A stretch of DNA of 64,000 bases from Rhodobiaceae bacterium UBA6963 (GCA_002450335.1 DJZB01000063.1:1971-65970); one strand, 5' to 3'. Positions 1 through 12,415 are shown, counted from the first letter of the stretch. Notes: generated by a model from the sequence alone, not told the origin. Numbers and translations are program-made.

Positions 1-1010
1 TCGTAAACTTCAACACCTTGCCATTCTCCTGTCAGCGTAAAGCGTCTTTTAACACCCCCAAACTCGGCGAGAGCCTGTTTGATTGCTTCATCTGAAACGC
101 CAAGTTGTAATCCGGAAGCTATGGCAGCAAGCGCATTTTGAAGATTATGCTGCCCCGGCATCGGAAGGGAGAAACCACAAATTTCCCGAGATTGATTAAG
201 ACGACGGTCAGATATTACAACATCAAATAACATCTTCTGACCCTCGACCAAGATATTTACCGCACGAATATCTGCCTGTGGTGAGAGGCCATATGTTGTG
301 ATGCGCCGATCAGAAATTCGCCCCATTAGGTTTTGAACTTCTTGACTGTCAATGCACATCAGGGCGGCACCATAAAAAGGGATATTTTCTACATAGCGTG
401 CGAATGCATCTCTAAGGCCGTCAAAGCTGCCATAATAATCAAGATGCTCAGGGTCGATATTCGTTACAATCCCAATCGTCGATGGCAGGCGAACAAATGT
501 GCCGTCGCTTTCATCTGCCTCGACAACAATCCAGTCACCTGAGCCAAGACGCGCATTTGTTCCATAGGCATTAATGACGCCGCCATTAATAACCGTCGGG
601 TCCAGCGAAGCACTATCAAGAACGGCAGCAACCATTGAAGTGGTAGTGGTCTTTCCATGCGTACCGGCAACTGTTAGGCAGTATTTCAATCGCATAAGTT
701 CAGCCAGCATTTCCGAACGCCGGATAACGGGAATGCTTATTTTTCGCGCAGCAATAACTTCAGGATTTTCGTCTGTCTTTATAGCCGAGGAAATCACCAG
801 CAGAGCCACATCTGACATATTGGATGCATCATGACCTTTGAATATTTTGATGCCCATAGTACTTAGTCGCTGGACATTGGCATTCTCACTGACATCAGAC
901 CCCTGCACTTGATAGCCAAGGTTATGCATTATCTCTGCAATACCGGACATACCAATGCCTCCAATACCCACAAAGTGGACACAACCAATTGCCTCTGGAT
1001 GGGATGGCAT
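1..1010 (-). CDS. murC: UDP-N-acetylmuramate--L-alanine ligase MurC (N-terminal part; C-terminus lies beyond the left window edge)
   Basis: Absent from the ORF track because it runs off the window edge. My translation of the minus strand from ATG 1010..1008 gives [39 protein letters not shown]... and the Mur ligase P-loop [11 protein letters not shown], open to base 1. It follows murG as in the canonical dcw order. Confidence 0.9.
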   Translation of the reverse strand, partial: MPSHPEAIGCVHFVGIGGIGMSGIAEIMHNLGYQVQGSDVSENANVQRLSTMGIKIFKGHDASNMSDVALLVISSAIKTDENPEVIAARKISIPVIRRSEMLAELMRLKYCLTVAGTHGKTTTTSMVAAVLDSASLDPTVINGGVINAYGTNARLGSGDWIVVEADESDGTFVRLPSTIGIVTNIDPEHLDYYGSFDGLRDAFARYVENIPFYGAALMCIDSQEVQNLMGRISDRRITTYGLSPQADIRAVNILVEGQKMLFDVVISDRRLNQSREICGFSLPMPGQHNLQNALAAIASGLQLGVSDEAIKQALAEFGGVKRRFTLTGEWQGVEVY

Positions 1011-1024
1011 GTCATAAAGCTTTG

Positions 1025-2155
1025 TCATGCGGCATCCCCAGATATTTTTATACCATTCCTGTAACCCGCATAAGTTTCTACAAAATCAACCAGATTTTCA
1101 GTTGCCTGAGGCATAGCTCGGGTTTTGGCAGCCCGTGCAGCAGTTTCTAACTTGTGAGGACTATCCATATAGTCGCCAATCATCTCAGCGAGCTTTATCG
1201 GCGTGAGGTTTTTCTGATCAACAACCCATGCCGCCTCATGATTGCTTAATTGTAATGCATTGGTCTTCTGGTCTTGATCAATCGATTGCGGCAATGGAAC
1301 GAGAAGAGACGGGCACCCAATCACCGCCATCTCACTGATTGTCGACGCACCAGACCGAGAAATGACAAGATGCGCCTTTACAATTCGGCGCGGCATATCA
1401 TCAAAGAAATCACGCAATTCTGCGTCAATACCTAACGCACCATAGGCTTGTAAGGTCGAAGCAAGTTCGCCCTTGCGACATTGCTGGACAAGTCGCAAGC
1501 GATTTAATTTTTCTCTTGGCATCAGAGACATCGCTTCAGGAAGAAGTGTCGAAAAGACACTCGCCCCTTGACTACCCCCAAACACAAGCAGATTAAAAGT
1601 GCCATTCACATTATGTCTTGAATAAGCATAGTCCTTATATCTGAGAACCTCAGGTCTCACGGGATTACCTGTAACCACCATTAAACCCCGACTACTCGCG
1701 GGGACATGACGGGTTCCCGGATAGGAGGCAGCAATTCGCGCGCCTAAAAGACTAAGCATTCTATTCGCGCGCCCAAGAACCGCGTTTTGCTCGTGAATAG
1801 CAATCTTACAAAACAAAAGTCGTGCTGCCAGCAATGGTGGAAAACTTGGATAACCTCCAAATCCGATGACAGCAACCGGCCGATTTGAAACCATAATCAT
1901 CATGGCCTGAAGCACACCCAATAAAATCTTGAGAGGCGCCAGAAGTTTCTTCGTTTTGCCGCCACTGTAAATTGAGCCAGAGGCAAGAAATTGCAAGTCG
2001 ATACCATCAGTCTGGCTGGCATATTGCTTGGCACGAGCGTCAGTCAAAATAACAGTTTTGAAATTCTTCTTCTTTAAAGCACGCGAAAGCGCGATAGCAG
2101 GAAATAAATGCCCGCCGGTACCCCCTGCCGCCAAATATATAATTGGCTTGGTCAT
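1025..2155 (-). CDS. murG: UDP-N-acetylglucosamine--N-acetylmuramyl-(pentapeptide) pyrophosphoryl-undecaprenol GlcNAc transferase MurG
   Basis: 376-aa ORF with N-terminal [12 protein letters not shown] motif. 4-nt overlap with ftsW. dcw synteny. Confidence 0.95.
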   Translation of the reverse strand: MTKPIIYLAAGGTGGHLFPAIALSRALKKKNFKTVILTDARAKQYASQTDGIDLQFLASGSIYSGGKTKKLLAPLKILLGVLQAMMIMVSNRPVAVIGFGGYPSFPPLLAARLLFCKIAIHEQNAVLGRANRMLSLLGARIAASYPGTRHVPASSRGLMVVTGNPVRPEVLRYKDYAYSRHNVNGTFNLLVFGGSQGASVFSTLLPEAMSLMPREKLNRLRLVQQCRKGELASTLQAYGALGIDAELRDFFDDMPRRIVKAHLVISRSGASTISEMAVIGCPSLLVPLPQSIDQDQKTNALQLSNHEAAWVVDQKNLTPIKLAEMIGDYMDSPHKLETAARAAKTRAMPQATENLVDFVETYAGYRNGIKISGDAA

Positions 2156-3339
2156 ATGGCACCGCCCTTTAGGTTGAATGTTTTATGCAAAGGTATTTCA
2201 TCTGCAGAACCATCACTTAGAATACGCTTCTGTCCCGATGAATGGCGCGTGAGGGATAAAATCATGCCCATTGTCAAAGCCAGTGCAAGCAATGAAGATC
2301 CACCATATGAAATAAATGGCAATGTCATGCCTTTTGGTGGCATGAGATTAAGATTAACGGCCATATTGATGATTGTTTGCATGCCAAACAAAATAACCAG
2401 CCCCGTGCCGGCAAGCTGAATCCAGTGATCACGGCTATCACGCAGACTGATAAGGCTCCGCAAAATAATTGCGGCAAAAATACAGATTATCAACAAACCG
2501 ACTACTAAACCAAATTCTTCCGCAGCTACCGCAAAAACATAATCTGTATGGCCATCCGGGAGGACATGTTTAATTTTTCCGTCACCCGGCCCTGTGCCGA
2601 AAAGTCCACCATTTCTGAATGCCTCAAGAGCTTTATCTGTTTGATAAGTGCCACCCAGAGATGGATCGAGAAATCTATCCACCCGGAATCTGAAATGTGG
2701 GAATGATTGATACAAAAACACCAACAAACCAAGACCGGTTAAAGACATGGCTGACAAAAACAAATAGGAACCGCCAGCAAGAAAGAACATTGCTGTCCAG
2801 ACGATGGTAAGCAAAATCATCTGACCGATATCCGGCTGTAGAGATAGCAAGAAGCAAGTCACAATCAGCAAAGCAAAACCGATGAGACGCCCGGAAACAT
2901 CAAGCCTTGTGTTCTGCATGGCAAAACACCAAGCAACAGCTACGACAAAGCAAGGTTTTAAAAATTCAGATGGCTGAATTGAAAAACCCATCAGCCTCAA
3001 CCAGCGCGTGGAACCTTTGATTTCCGACCCTATTGTTAGGGTTAGCAACACGCCACCTAGCGCAAGAACACCCAACCCCATAGCAAGCCTACGAATTTGC
3101 ACAGGCTCCAACAGAGAGACGATTATCATCCCCACAAGAGCCATAGCGAGAAAAACAATCTGGCGATAGGCAAAATGATATGTGTCAATCTCGAGCCTAT
3201 GCGCGATAACCGGGCTGGCAGCAAATGTCATCACAAAGCCAACCACCATCAAGGAGGCTATGCCCAGCAACAGCCAACGGTCTATCGTCCACCACCAGTT
3301 TGCAAGAAAATGTCTGTCTGTGCGTCCAAAGCCAATCAT
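2152..3339 (-). CDS. ftsW: SEDS-family cell division protein / peptidoglycan glycosyltransferase FtsW
   Basis: 395-aa polytopic membrane ORF with PPKGMTLPFISYGGSS motif. Overlaps murD and murG by 4 nt. Confidence 0.92.
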   Translation of the reverse strand: MIGFGRTDRHFLANWWWTIDRWLLLGIASLMVVGFVMTFAASPVIAHRLEIDTYHFAYRQIVFLAMALVGMIIVSLLEPVQIRRLAMGLGVLALGGVLLTLTIGSEIKGSTRWLRLMGFSIQPSEFLKPCFVVAVAWCFAMQNTRLDVSGRLIGFALLIVTCFLLSLQPDIGQMILLTIVWTAMFFLAGGSYLFLSAMSLTGLGLLVFLYQSFPHFRFRVDRFLDPSLGGTYQTDKALEAFRNGGLFGTGPGDGKIKHVLPDGHTDYVFAVAAEEFGLVVGLLIICIFAAIILRSLISLRDSRDHWIQLAGTGLVILFGMQTIINMAVNLNLMPPKGMTLPFISYGGSSLLALALTMGMILSLTRHSSGQKRILSDGSADEIPLHKTFNLKGGAI

Positions 3340-4727
3340 GCAACTGCCCCCAAACGTGAAATTTGTTCATTCACCAGTTCACAAAAAGCGGCGCCTCGTT
3401 TTTCAAAATTCTCAAACTGATCAAAGGACGCACAGGCCGGCGAAAACAAAACCACCCCGCCTCCTGCCGCAAGTGCATCTGTCACTGCTTGAGACACTGC
3501 CTTATCCAAAGTTTTGGAAACCACATGCGGCGTATCTGAGAGCGTCAGAGAAAAAACTTCAGAAGATGCACCAATTAAATAGGCGCAGGCAATTCGGTCA
3601 AAATAAGGGCGCAAACTATCAATACCTTCCTCTTTGGGGAGGCCACCGGCAATCCAGTAAATTTTGTCATAAGTTGCCAACGCATGCGCAGAGGCTTCTG
3701 CATTGGTGGCCTTACTGTCATTAACAAAACGAACTTCACCATCCTCACCAGAAATCTCACCAATAGGTTGCATACGGTGCGCGAGCCCCTGAAAGCCGGC
3801 AAAGGCTCTGATGATATCATCTTTCGCGGCGCCCGCAGAAAGTGCAGCAACATAAGCAGCAGCGGCATTCTGACCATTATGAGCACCTTGAAGTGTCGCA
3901 ATGCTCGACAAGTCGACAATTGGCCCCTCTTGATCGCAAAGCCAACCTTCTTGATAAAAGACCTTCGCTGTTTTTTCTGCCTGACCAGAAATACGTACAC
4001 TAATAATGGCATCATTTGTTTCTGCACTCTCAGCAAGTGCGGTTTCATCCGAGCCGTCCACGCCAATAATCGCAGTACTGCCAGGCTGGAGGTTTTCAAA
4101 CATTTGCCATTTGGACTGAATGTAGCCTTTCATTGATCCGTGACGGTCAAGATGGTCAGGACTTAAGTTCAGCAACACGGCAATATCCGGGCTAAATCTA
4201 GGAGACAAATCAATCTGATAAGAAGAAAGCTCCAACACATAAACTGTGTTTTCTTCCGCCGGACTAAGAGCAAGAACTGACTGACCAATATTGCCGCCAA
4301 GCTGAACATTAAAGCCGCTTCCAGTCAGCAAATGAGCCGTTAATGCCGCAGTGGTTGATTTACCATTCGTTCCGGTAATCGCAATAACTTGTGAGGGTGC
4401 AGGAAAGGTGGTGCGTGCTTTTTGAAACAGCTCCATATCACCAATAATAGGAATGGAGGCTTCCTCAGCAACAGTCACAACTTTATGCGGCGTGGGGTGT
4501 GTGAGCGGCACACCCGGGCTTAAAACCAGTGCCTCCACGCCTTCCGGCATAGGAATGAGCTCTTGAATAACTGCACCCAAATCAGCAGCCACTTTACATT
4601 TTTTTTCGTCATCATCCCATGCTGTGACTTTGACCCCCCCTGCCCTTAAGGCACGCACGGCTTCAATCCCGGTGATACCGAGGCCAAAAACAGCAACATG
4701 AGTATAAAGGGCGGTAATTTTTATCAT
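3336..4727 (-). CDS. murD: UDP-N-acetylmuramoylalanine--D-glutamate ligase MurD
   Basis: 463 aa with GTNGKSTTAAL P-loop. Position between mraY and ftsW. Confidence 0.95.
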   Translation of the reverse strand: MIKITALYTHVAVFGLGITGIEAVRALRAGGVKVTAWDDDEKKCKVAADLGAVIQELIPMPEGVEALVLSPGVPLTHPTPHKVVTVAEEASIPIIGDMELFQKARTTFPAPSQVIAITGTNGKSTTAALTAHLLTGSGFNVQLGGNIGQSVLALSPAEENTVYVLELSSYQIDLSPRFSPDIAVLLNLSPDHLDRHGSMKGYIQSKWQMFENLQPGSTAIIGVDGSDETALAESAETNDAIISVRISGQAEKTAKVFYQEGWLCDQEGPIVDLSSIATLQGAHNGQNAAAAYVAALSAGAAKDDIIRAFAGFQGLAHRMQPIGEISGEDGEVRFVNDSKATNAEASAHALATYDKIYWIAGGLPKEEGIDSLRPYFDRIACAYLIGASSEVFSLTLSDTPHVVSKTLDKAVSQAVTDALAAGGGVVLFSPACASFDQFENFEKRGAAFCELVNEQISRLGAVA

Positions 4728-4728
4728 C

Positions 4729-5820
4729 TTACCTCAGCTTCAATGTTGAAAGCCCGATCAGGGCAAGTATCACGGCTATAATCCAGAACCGGATAACAAT
4801 GGTTGGCTCTGCCCAGCCGCGCTGTTCAAAATGATGATGGAGTGGCGCCATGGCAAAAACACGCTTACCGGTCATTTTAAAGGAGGCGACCTGCACAATG
4901 ACGGATAAAGCCTCAAGAACAAATAGCCCGCCTATAATGGCGAGGACAATTTCATGCTTTGTCGCAACAGCTATGGAGCCGAGTGCGCCACCAATGGCAA
5001 GCGATCCTGTATCACCCATAAACACCATGGCAGGAGGCGCGTTGAACCATAAAAATCCAAGACCGGCACCTATCAACGCAGCAGTGAAAACAGCCAACTC
5101 CCCGGTGCCTGGAACATAATGTATTTGCAGATAATCTGCGAAAATCGCATTGCCGACCAGATAGGCAATCAAACCGAAGCTTGCTGCGGCAATCATACTG
5201 GGAACAATAGCCAAGCCATCTAACCCATCAGTCAGATTGACAGCATTGGAGGAGCCAACAATCACAAAGACCCCACCAAAGGCAAAAAACCAAATGCCAA
5301 AATCAATCAATAAATCCTTGAAAAACGGCACAGCAAAACCGGTTGATAAAGATGTGGGCATGCTACTTGAGAGACACAGCACAATCACCAGTGCGACAAT
5401 GCTCTCTATCAATAACTTCACTCGGCCAGAGACACCTGCGCTGTGCCCGCCTTTAATTTTACTGTAATCATCGGCAAATCCGATAAGACCAAAACCAAGA
5501 GTACCGAGCAACACGGTCCACACATAGGGATTGGATAGATTGCCCCATAGTAAGGTCGACAGGCTGACAGCAACCAAAATTAGCAATCCGCCCATTGTTG
5601 GTGTGCCAACTTTAGTAATGAGGTGAGATTGCGGGCCATCTTCACGGATAGGCTGCCCCTTACCTTGACGCATCTTTAACCTATCAATCATCCATGGGCC
5701 GATTAAGAAGCTGATAATCATTGCTGTCATGACAGCACCACCAGCTCGGAAGGTGATATAGTTAAAAACATTACTACCCGGAATGGCATCACCAAAATAC
5801 TGCATAAGATAGTACAACAT
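4729..5820 (-). CDS. mraY: phospho-N-acetylmuramoyl-pentapeptide transferase MraY
   Basis: 363-aa membrane ORF with motifs [13 protein letters not shown] and [14 protein letters not shown]. Confidence 0.96.
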   Translation of the reverse strand: MLYYLMQYFGDAIPGSNVFNYITFRAGGAVMTAMIISFLIGPWMIDRLKMRQGKGQPIREDGPQSHLITKVGTPTMGGLLILVAVSLSTLLWGNLSNPYVWTVLLGTLGFGLIGFADDYSKIKGGHSAGVSGRVKLLIESIVALVIVLCLSSSMPTSLSTGFAVPFFKDLLIDFGIWFFAFGGVFVIVGSSNAVNLTDGLDGLAIVPSMIAAASFGLIAYLVGNAIFADYLQIHYVPGTGELAVFTAALIGAGLGFLWFNAPPAMVFMGDTGSLAIGGALGSIAVATKHEIVLAIIGGLFVLEALSVIVQVASFKMTGKRVFAMAPLHHHFEQRGWAEPTIVIRFWIIAVILALIGLSTLKLR

Positions 5821-7307
5821 CAGCTAATACCTCCTTCATTTTGAACTGTCGAAGCACCAAAACCTTCCTCAATATCCAAATCGATTAAGCATTTAACAAG
5901 CTCGGATAGGCGCATACTATTTGAGCCTTTAACCATCACAGCATCTCCGGCATGCACCTCCTGTGTCAGAAAGCTTTTCAAGCCATCGACACTGGTTGCA
6001 TGAGCACCACGGCGACCGCCGGGAAGTGCGTCCTGCAGAAGTTTCATCTGACTTCCAACCGTAAAAACAACATCTACATCGGTGTTGATAATATGCTCGA
6101 CGAGATTTTTATGGAGTTCATCACCTTGACTACCGAGCTCTTTCATATCACCCAGTACAGCTATACGTCTGCCCTGACCCAGGCGTGGAAATTGTCCGAG
6201 GGTTTTCAAGGCAGCAACCATAGACTCGGGATTGGCGTTATAACTTTCATCAATCACAACCAAATCACCATCTGACAAAGAGATGTTATGCCGACGCCCC
6301 CGTCCATCCATTGCCTTCATTTCACCGAGTGATAAAACCGCGCTGGTCAAATCCTCCTCAAAAACTTGGACAGCAGCTAGAATAGACATGGCATTCACAA
6401 TTTGATGATGGCCCGTCGCACCAATGCGGAAAGTCACGGGTTGGCCGGAAATATCGGCACTCACACAACTGCAGTGGTCATGAAGTTTAAATGAAATCAC
6501 CCTCACATCAGATGCATCACTTTCGCCAAAAGAAACAACCCTTTTCGCACCGGCATCTTTGGCAGATTGCATCAGCAAAGGTGCCCATTCACTATCCGCA
6601 GGCACAAGCGCTGTTTTTAGTCCGTCCAGACCTTCAAAAATTTCAGCTTTCGCATGAGCAATACCTTCGAGTGAATCGAAATGTTCAATATGAGCATTTG
6701 CGATTTTGGTAATCACAGCAATATCGGGGCGCACTTGACGGGTAAGAGAAGAAATTTCACCCGCATGGTTCATGCCAATTTCAAACACTCCAAATTGAGT
6801 ATCTGCCGGCATGCGCGCAAGGCTTAACGGCACACCCCAGAGATTATTGTAAGAGGCTTGGGAAATATGTGTTTTACCAATCTGACTAAAGACTAGACCC
6901 AACCCCTCCTTAACAGTTGTTTTGCCAACACTGCCTGTCACCGCCACCACTTGACCGGTTATACGGTTGCGCGCTGCTTGACCAAGCTTCTCCAAAGCGT
7001 TTTGTGTATCCATGACACGTATGAGATGGGTTTCATCAACACCAGCAACAATATTAAGCTCGGCATCGGTGGCAACAATTGCCACTGACGCACCGTTTTC
7101 AAATGCGTTGGAAACATAATCATGCCCATCCAGACGATCGCCGCGAATGGCGACAAATATATCGCCGTGAGATAATGTCCGCGTATCAATTGATACACCC
7201 TGAGCTTGCCATTCAGTTAGTGATGGAACGCCAAGAGCCTCTGATACTTCCTTAGATGTCCATAGTGGACGAGTTTCTTGCAACATGTCATGTCCGGACT
7301 CAGTCAT
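5820..7307 (-). CDS. murF: UDP-N-acetylmuramoyl-tripeptide--D-alanyl-D-alanine ligase MurF
   Basis: [12 protein letters not shown]-loop and Mur ligase layout. The ORF-track start 7313 is GTG. ATG at 7307 is preceded by GAGGAGAG and overlaps the murE stop by 8 nt. Confidence 0.93.
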   Translation of the reverse strand: MTESGHDMLQETRPLWTSKEVSEALGVPSLTEWQAQGVSIDTRTLSHGDIFVAIRGDRLDGHDYVSNAFENGASVAIVATDAELNIVAGVDETHLIRVMDTQNALEKLGQAARNRITGQVVAVTGSVGKTTVKEGLGLVFSQIGKTHISQASYNNLWGVPLSLARMPADTQFGVFEIGMNHAGEISSLTRQVRPDIAVITKIANAHIEHFDSLEGIAHAKAEIFEGLDGLKTALVPADSEWAPLLMQSAKDAGAKRVVSFGESDASDVRVISFKLHDHCSCVSADISGQPVTFRIGATGHHQIVNAMSILAAVQVFEEDLTSAVLSLGEMKAMDGRGRRHNISLSDGDLVVIDESYNANPESMVAALKTLGQFPRLGQGRRIAVLGDMKELGSQGDELHKNLVEHIINTDVDVVFTVGSQMKLLQDALPGGRRGAHATSVDGLKSFLTQEVHAGDAVMVKGSNSMRLSELVKCLIDLDIEEGFGASTVQNEGGIS

Positions 7308-8799
7308 CTTCACTCTCCTCGACAGTCAAGTCTTTAACCAAATCACGAAGCGTCTCGTGATCACTGAATGAAAATGTTTGGTCACCTATAATCTGGCCGG
7401 TCTCATGACCTTTACCTGCCACTAAAATAATGTCTTTTGATTTGGCAAGATCGAGAGCAACATTGATGGCCTCCCGCCTGTCTCCAACTTCAGATGCTTC
7501 AGGACAGGCTTTTAAAATTTCTTGCCTTATCAGCGCGGCATCTTCACTACGAGGGTTATCATCTGTAATGATGACACTGTCAGCATAGCGCGAAGCAACC
7601 TGCCCCATTTCAGCCCGCTTGCCTCTATCTCGGTCACCACCACATCCGAAGACACAAATCAATCTGCCTTCGCAATGCGGACGTAAAGCCTTTAAAGCAT
7701 TCGCAAGAGCATCAGGTGTATGCGCGTAATCAACGTAACACGCGACATCTTTCGAAGATGATACCACCTTGTCCATACGACCTGCTGGCGCGGCAAGCGC
7801 CCCAAGCCCTTTAGACAATTTCTTGAATGGCAGTCCACCCGCGAGGCACATCGCCACCGCAAGTGCAATATTTTCAGCTTGAAACACGCCTGCAATATGT
7901 GTCCGGACGTCAACACTTTCACCCTGATAAGTCAGCGTAAAATTAAGTCCGTCAGCATGTGGCATAACATTACTTAAGGTGAGATCCGCATTTTCAGAGT
8001 CCAGCGTAAATATACTACGCTTGGCTTTAACCGCGGCCTGCTCAATAAAATCAGATTTTGCTCCCATGCGGTTGATAACCGCAACACCGTCCGGCATCAA
8101 AACTTCAGAAAAAAGGCGCGCCTTTGCGTCAAGATAAACATGCTCATTTTCATGATAATCAAGATGATCGCGCGACAGGTTTGTGAAACCCGCCACATTT
8201 ACCCTCACACCATCAACCCTAAACTGAGACAAGGCATGACTGGAAACTTCCATTGCCAAATTTTCAACACCAAGCGCATATAAGTCTCGCAAAATAGCAT
8301 GCAGCATGACCGGCTCAGGCGTCGTGTGCTCAAGCGGCAATTGATAATCACCGGCCTTAACACCGAGCGTTCCAATTGAGGCAGAAGACATACCAGCATG
8401 AACCAATATTTGATCAACAAAAGTCGCCACGGAAGTTTTTCCATTTGTTCCGGTTACAGCAAAAATTTTAGCCGGCGCAAATTTGAAAAATCTTTGCGCC
8501 AATAAGGCAAGCTGACGTCGTGGATTATCATCTCTGAGAAGAGTTTCAACGCCATCCGGCAATTTACCATTAGGGAAATCAACTTCCGGGCCTGCCAGAA
8601 TTAGTCGCGCACCATTTTTAACAGCATCACCAATATATTTTGCACCATCCACCATTGAACCGGGAAGCGCGGCAAACATATATCCGGGGAGAACATGTCT
8701 GCTATCCGCTGTCATGCCAAGAATCTCAACACTCTTGTCCAGGCCGGCCTCAAGAGCATCCTCAGTAAGATTCTGACCAAGCAATTCACTAAGGCGCAT
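7300..8799 (-). CDS. murE: UDP-N-acetylmuramoyl-L-alanyl-D-glutamate--2,6-diaminopimelate ligase MurE
   Basis: GTNGKTSVATF P-loop and the DDNPRSED motif typical of DAP-adding enzymes. ATG at 8799 lies 7 nt after AAGGAGGT; the track start 8802 is GTG. Confidence 0.94.
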   Translation of the reverse strand: MRLSELLGQNLTEDALEAGLDKSVEILGMTADSRHVLPGYMFAALPGSMVDGAKYIGDAVKNGARLILAGPEVDFPNGKLPDGVETLLRDDNPRRQLALLAQRFFKFAPAKIFAVTGTNGKTSVATFVDQILVHAGMSSASIGTLGVKAGDYQLPLEHTTPEPVMLHAILRDLYALGVENLAMEVSSHALSQFRVDGVRVNVAGFTNLSRDHLDYHENEHVYLDAKARLFSEVLMPDGVAVINRMGAKSDFIEQAAVKAKRSIFTLDSENADLTLSNVMPHADGLNFTLTYQGESVDVRTHIAGVFQAENIALAVAMCLAGGLPFKKLSKGLGALAAPAGRMDKVVSSSKDVACYVDYAHTPDALANALKALRPHCEGRLICVFGCGGDRDRGKRAEMGQVASRYADSVIITDDNPRSEDAALIRQEILKACPEASEVGDRREAINVALDLAKSKDIILVAGKGHETGQIIGDQTFSFSDHETLRDLVKDLTVEESEDD

Positions 8800-10508
8800 C
8801 ACAACACCTCCTTGGCTTTATGGACGATAAAGTCTTCATCCCCAAACCCACCGGCAGGTTGCGGCATCACACCCAGCAAAGGCGCAATACGTTCAACAAT
8901 ATCCGTTGATAACGGGACAACATTCCAACCAGCGCCTGTGCCATAAACGCCATCAATCCGTTGTGGTTCCTGAAGAATAACAATGAAGGCATAGCGCGGC
9001 GCGTGAGCCGGAAATGCTCCCAGGAAACTCGTCATCAGACGATTTGAGTCATAACCACCCGGCCCTGCTATTCGTGCTGTTCCGGTTTTACCCAAAATCA
9101 TAAACTTTGATTTTTTGGCATTTTTAGCCGTGCCATGCGTGACGACAGCACGCATAATGCGGCGCATATGATTACTGGTTTCTTGAGATATAACGCGCAC
9201 ACCAAGAGGCAAATCATCATTAATAAGGCGTGGGCGATACATCACCCCGCCATTCACCATCGCGGCGCCGGCCACCAAAGCCTGAAGCGGAGAGATGCTG
9301 ATGCCATAGCCGTAAGAACTCGTAGCACGCTCCACCTCACCCCATTGGTAAGGCAATTGAGGCTTTGTCAATTCGGGAATTTCCAATTCCGGCTTATCAA
9401 TCAAACCCAGACGCTCAAGAAAACCCCAATGCACCTCAGGCGCAACCGAAAGTGCCAATTGCGCAGACCCTATATTTGATGAATGAACAACAATCTCTCC
9501 AACCGTCAGCGGACGCTTCTCACCATGTGGATCTGTAATTTCATGCTTACCGATGGAAATCGGTAAAGATGTTTGAAATGTGTCTTCAGGTGAGGCAGCA
9601 CCAGTCTCAAGCACCATAGATGCTGTGAAAACCTTAAAAACCGAACCAAGCTCATAAGTCCCTAAAGTAGCCATGTTAAACAAACGCTGATGACCAGCAT
9701 TCCATGGAGTCAGATTTGGATTAAAATCAGGCAACGACACCATTGACAAAATATTGCCGTTCTTCACATCCATAACAATGGCACTGCCACCGGTGGCGGA
9801 AAACTTTTCTATGCTCTTGGCCAATTCGGCGCGCACACTGTGCTGCACGCGAATATCCAACGTGACTGGCAAACTCCCGTCACGCATAGAAGGCTCTACA
9901 TTATGGTCAAGAAAAAACTCCAACCCGGCAAGCCCCTGCATATCGCTACCGACAAATCCAAGCATATGAGAAGCCAAAGGCCCGTGAGGGTAAAAACGTC
10001 GATCCGCTTTTTGCATTTTCAACGCCGGATCACCCAACGTAAGAACCGTCTTATATTGTTGCGGCGTCAAGCCCTTCATTAATTCAATATAATTGCGATT
10101 GGAGTTTAAAAAGCGCGTCGCTTTTTTGTGATCAAAACCGGGCAACATTTCAGATAATACAGCAACTGTTTCATCAACATTGGAGATTTTGCGCACATCC
10201 GCCCCAAGATTATAGGCACTGATTTGTGTCGCCAAGAGGACCCCATTGCGGTCAACAATAAAGGGACGTTCCTGTGATGTCAGAGGCAAACCACTTCTCT
10301 TGGCCGTAATTGGCCCATCACCACCAACGGTTAAATTCGCCAATCGCGCTCCAAGTAAAGTAAAAATAAGAGCAAAAGCCCATATCGCCAACCAAATACG
10401 CCGACGCGTTATATCGACAGCATGCCCCTCCAAATCACCAAGGCGAATACCCAGTTGAGCATTTGTAGCTTCAACCAAATCGCCGCCCGGACGCATAAGA
10501 GATGGCAT
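8799..10508 (-). CDS. ftsI: peptidoglycan D,D-transpeptidase FtsI (PBP3)
   Basis: Penicillin-binding motifs GSVFK (SxxK), HSSN and KTGTA, with one N-terminal TM segment. ATG at 10508 follows GGTGAGG and lies 4 nt after the ftsL stop. The ORF-track extension to 10580 overlaps ftsL and is probably not translated. Confidence 0.9.
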   Translation of the reverse strand: MPSLMRPGGDLVEATNAQLGIRLGDLEGHAVDITRRRIWLAIWAFALIFTLLGARLANLTVGGDGPITAKRSGLPLTSQERPFIVDRNGVLLATQISAYNLGADVRKISNVDETVAVLSEMLPGFDHKKATRFLNSNRNYIELMKGLTPQQYKTVLTLGDPALKMQKADRRFYPHGPLASHMLGFVGSDMQGLAGLEFFLDHNVEPSMRDGSLPVTLDIRVQHSVRAELAKSIEKFSATGGSAIVMDVKNGNILSMVSLPDFNPNLTPWNAGHQRLFNMATLGTYELGSVFKVFTASMVLETGAASPEDTFQTSLPISIGKHEITDPHGEKRPLTVGEIVVHSSNIGSAQLALSVAPEVHWGFLERLGLIDKPELEIPELTKPQLPYQWGEVERATSSYGYGISISPLQALVAGAAMVNGGVMYRPRLINDDLPLGVRVISQETSNHMRRIMRAVVTHGTAKNAKKSKFMILGKTGTARIAGPGGYDSNRLMTSFLGAFPAHAPRYAFIVILQEPQRIDGVYGTGAGWNVVPLSTDIVERIAPLLGVMPQPAGGFGDEDFIVHKAKEVL

Positions 10509-10512
10509 GACC

Positions 10513-10890
10513 TCACCGCGCATCAAGCCCTCCTCTTTCACCAGACACCGTCCAACCATTTTGCCAATTTTCTTGATCATCAGATTTTATGTTGGCCTGA
10601 ATGATTTGATCTTCTTCGGAAACGAAAAAGCTGTCCGGTGTCCGTATTTGAGTTGCTGCAAGAGGCTCAAGTCGCAAATGCATTTCAGATAATTTCTCAA
10701 GGCGTGCCGGATTATTCAAACTCACCCATTCAGCCTCTAAAATGCGACGTGTGATTTTCTCTTTTTCAATCGCGCGCTCGGCATTTCTGATGGCTTTATG
10801 TTCAGCATCAGCGCCATAGCGTATGTGGTAGACCGCAGCAAAAAGCAGGATGACGGCTATGAATATAATCATATTTACAAGACGTATCAT
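10513..10890 (-). CDS. ftsL: cell division protein FtsL (alphaproteobacterial type)
   Basis: 125 aa with a single N-terminal TM ([14 protein letters not shown]) followed by a charged helical segment. ATGA overlap with rsmH. Canonical slot between rsmH and ftsI. Confidence 0.75.
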   Translation of the reverse strand: MIRLVNMIIFIAVILLFAAVYHIRYGADAEHKAIRNAERAIEKEKITRRILEAEWVSLNNPARLEKLSEMHLRLEPLAATQIRTPDSFFVSEEDQIIQANIKSDDQENWQNGWTVSGERGGLDAR

Positions 10891-11936
10891 GTGCGCACCC
10901 CGTGAGAGTCACCATCAGGAGATTTAAACAGCACATCATCCAATATGAATGCAGGTGCGCTTGTGCGAGTTGCTGCTCGCAAACGAGCAGAACGAGAACG
11001 CGGATTTAGCGAAATCTCATCTTCGGTAGCTTGCAGCCCTTTTCGCGTCAGCTCTGTGAAACTGGGTTCAGAGGGTTGAGTCTCGGGCAAATGCCTTGAG
11101 GGGCGTCCAGCACGTCCCGTCCGACGGGCAAGAAATTTTTTAGCAATTCTATCTTCTAATGAGTGGAATGTGACAACAGCAAGCCGCCCACCATCGCCAA
11201 GCATATTTTCAGCAGACGCCAAACCACGCACCAACTCACCCAACTCGTCATTCACATAGATTCTTAAAGCTTGAAAAGTTCGCGTCGCCGGATGGATTTT
11301 TTGCAAACCTGGCGGTTGACCAATTGTCTGTGACACAATATCTGCCAGCTCTACCGTGCGGGAGATTTCTATATCACCACGCACACGACCAATGGCACGC
11401 GCTATAGCTCTTGCTTTTCGCTCCTCACCATAAAGCGCAATGATACGGGCAAGCAATTTCTCATCCATCGTGTTAACAATATCAGCAGCACTTGGACCAT
11501 CTTGACCCATGCGCATATCCAACGGGCCATCAGAATTGAAAGAAAAACCTCGCTCGGATTGATCAAGCTGCATTGAAGAGACACCCAAATCCAGCGTTAC
11601 GCCGTCCACTTTTTGAAACCCGTGCGCTTGCGCAAGTTCCTGCATATCGCCATAACAACCGTGACTTAACTTTAGACGGTCACCAAACTGTGCTTGTAGG
11701 TTTTTACCTGCCTCAATTGCATCCGGATCGCGGTCAATCGCAATAACGGCGCAATCAGCGGCTTCAAGTAAAGCGCGTGTATAGCCGCCAGCGCCAAATG
11801 TACCATCAATGAAAATTTCACCATCCTGCGGAGACAGAGCTTCGATAACCTCGTTGAGAAGAACGGGAATGTGAGGACGCGTTTCGGGGTAACTTCTGTC
11901 ATCAGTGGTTTTGTCAGAACATACCCGGGTCATCAT
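10887..11936 (-). CDS. rsmH: 16S rRNA (cytosine1402-N4)-methyltransferase RsmH (MraW)
   Basis: HIPVLLNEV and [13 protein letters not shown]-binding motifs. Overlaps the mraZ stop (ATGATGA). Confidence 0.95.
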   Translation of the reverse strand: MMTRVCSDKTTDDRSYPETRPHIPVLLNEVIEALSPQDGEIFIDGTFGAGGYTRALLEAADCAVIAIDRDPDAIEAGKNLQAQFGDRLKLSHGCYGDMQELAQAHGFQKVDGVTLDLGVSSMQLDQSERGFSFNSDGPLDMRMGQDGPSAADIVNTMDEKLLARIIALYGEERKARAIARAIGRVRGDIEISRTVELADIVSQTIGQPPGLQKIHPATRTFQALRIYVNDELGELVRGLASAENMLGDGGRLAVVTFHSLEDRIAKKFLARRTGRAGRPSRHLPETQPSEPSFTELTRKGLQATEDEISLNPRSRSARLRAATRTSAPAFILDDVLFKSPDGDSHGVRT

Positions 11937-12415
11937 CCGCCTCCGGCTTTGTCGGGGAGAGGTCCACCAGCAAGGGACCTCAACATCCCTCGATGTTGCT
12001 TGGCAAGATCACGCGCTTTAGACCTGTGGTCAGCAAAAATTTCCGGCTCCCAAATTTGAAACTTGGCGCCCAGCCCGACAAATGTGAGACTTTTATCAAT
12101 ACCCGCATGGTCAAGAAGAGCTGTAGGTAAAGACACCCGCCCGTCACCATCAAAATTCAACTGGTGACTGTCAGCAAAAAGAGCCGTCGCCAGCGCATCT
12201 CGCTCCTCGGAATAGGGGTCAAGTTGTCCAACCATCTGATTGACACTATCCATCAGAAGCTGACCACCGCCCTCTACCGCCTGCTCTGTAAAAGAAGGAT
12301 AGAGGTAAACACCGTTAAAACCCTGAGCCACGGCAGCGGCACGGAAGACGGAAGGTACGGATACCCGCCCCTTCGCATCAATTTTCCCCGTAACTGTTGA
12401 CATAAAAGCTGTCAA
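11933..12415 (-). CDS. mraZ: division/cell wall cluster transcriptional regulator MraZ
   Basis: Two MraZ-type repeats, [14 protein letters not shown] and [16 protein letters not shown] at 12415 is 7 nt after GAGGAGG. An in-frame ATG at 12403 is an alternative start. Confidence 0.9.
   Translation of the reverse strand: MTAFMSTVTGKIDAKGRVSVPSVFRAAAVAQGFNGVYLYPSFTEQAVEGGGQLLMDSVNQMVGQLDPYSEERDALATALFADSHQLNFDGDGRVSLPTALLDHAGIDKSLTFVGLGAKFQIWEPEIFADHRSKARDLAKQHRGMLRSLAGGPLPDKAGGG

Noticed and set aside
3182-4136. Long alternative-frame and antisense ORFs inside ftsW/murD (180 aa +, 174 aa -, 150 aa +)
   Set aside because: They are fully nested in well-supported dcw genes. Their products are Arg/Leu/Lys-rich and low-complexity, typical of off-frame translation, and there are no start signals.
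8799-10580. Long N-terminal extension of ftsI overlapping ftsL by 68 nt
   Set aside because: An internal ATG at 10508 with a GGTGAGG RBS sits 4 nt after the ftsL stop, matching the tight coupling seen throughout the cluster. The extension is most likely just open frame.
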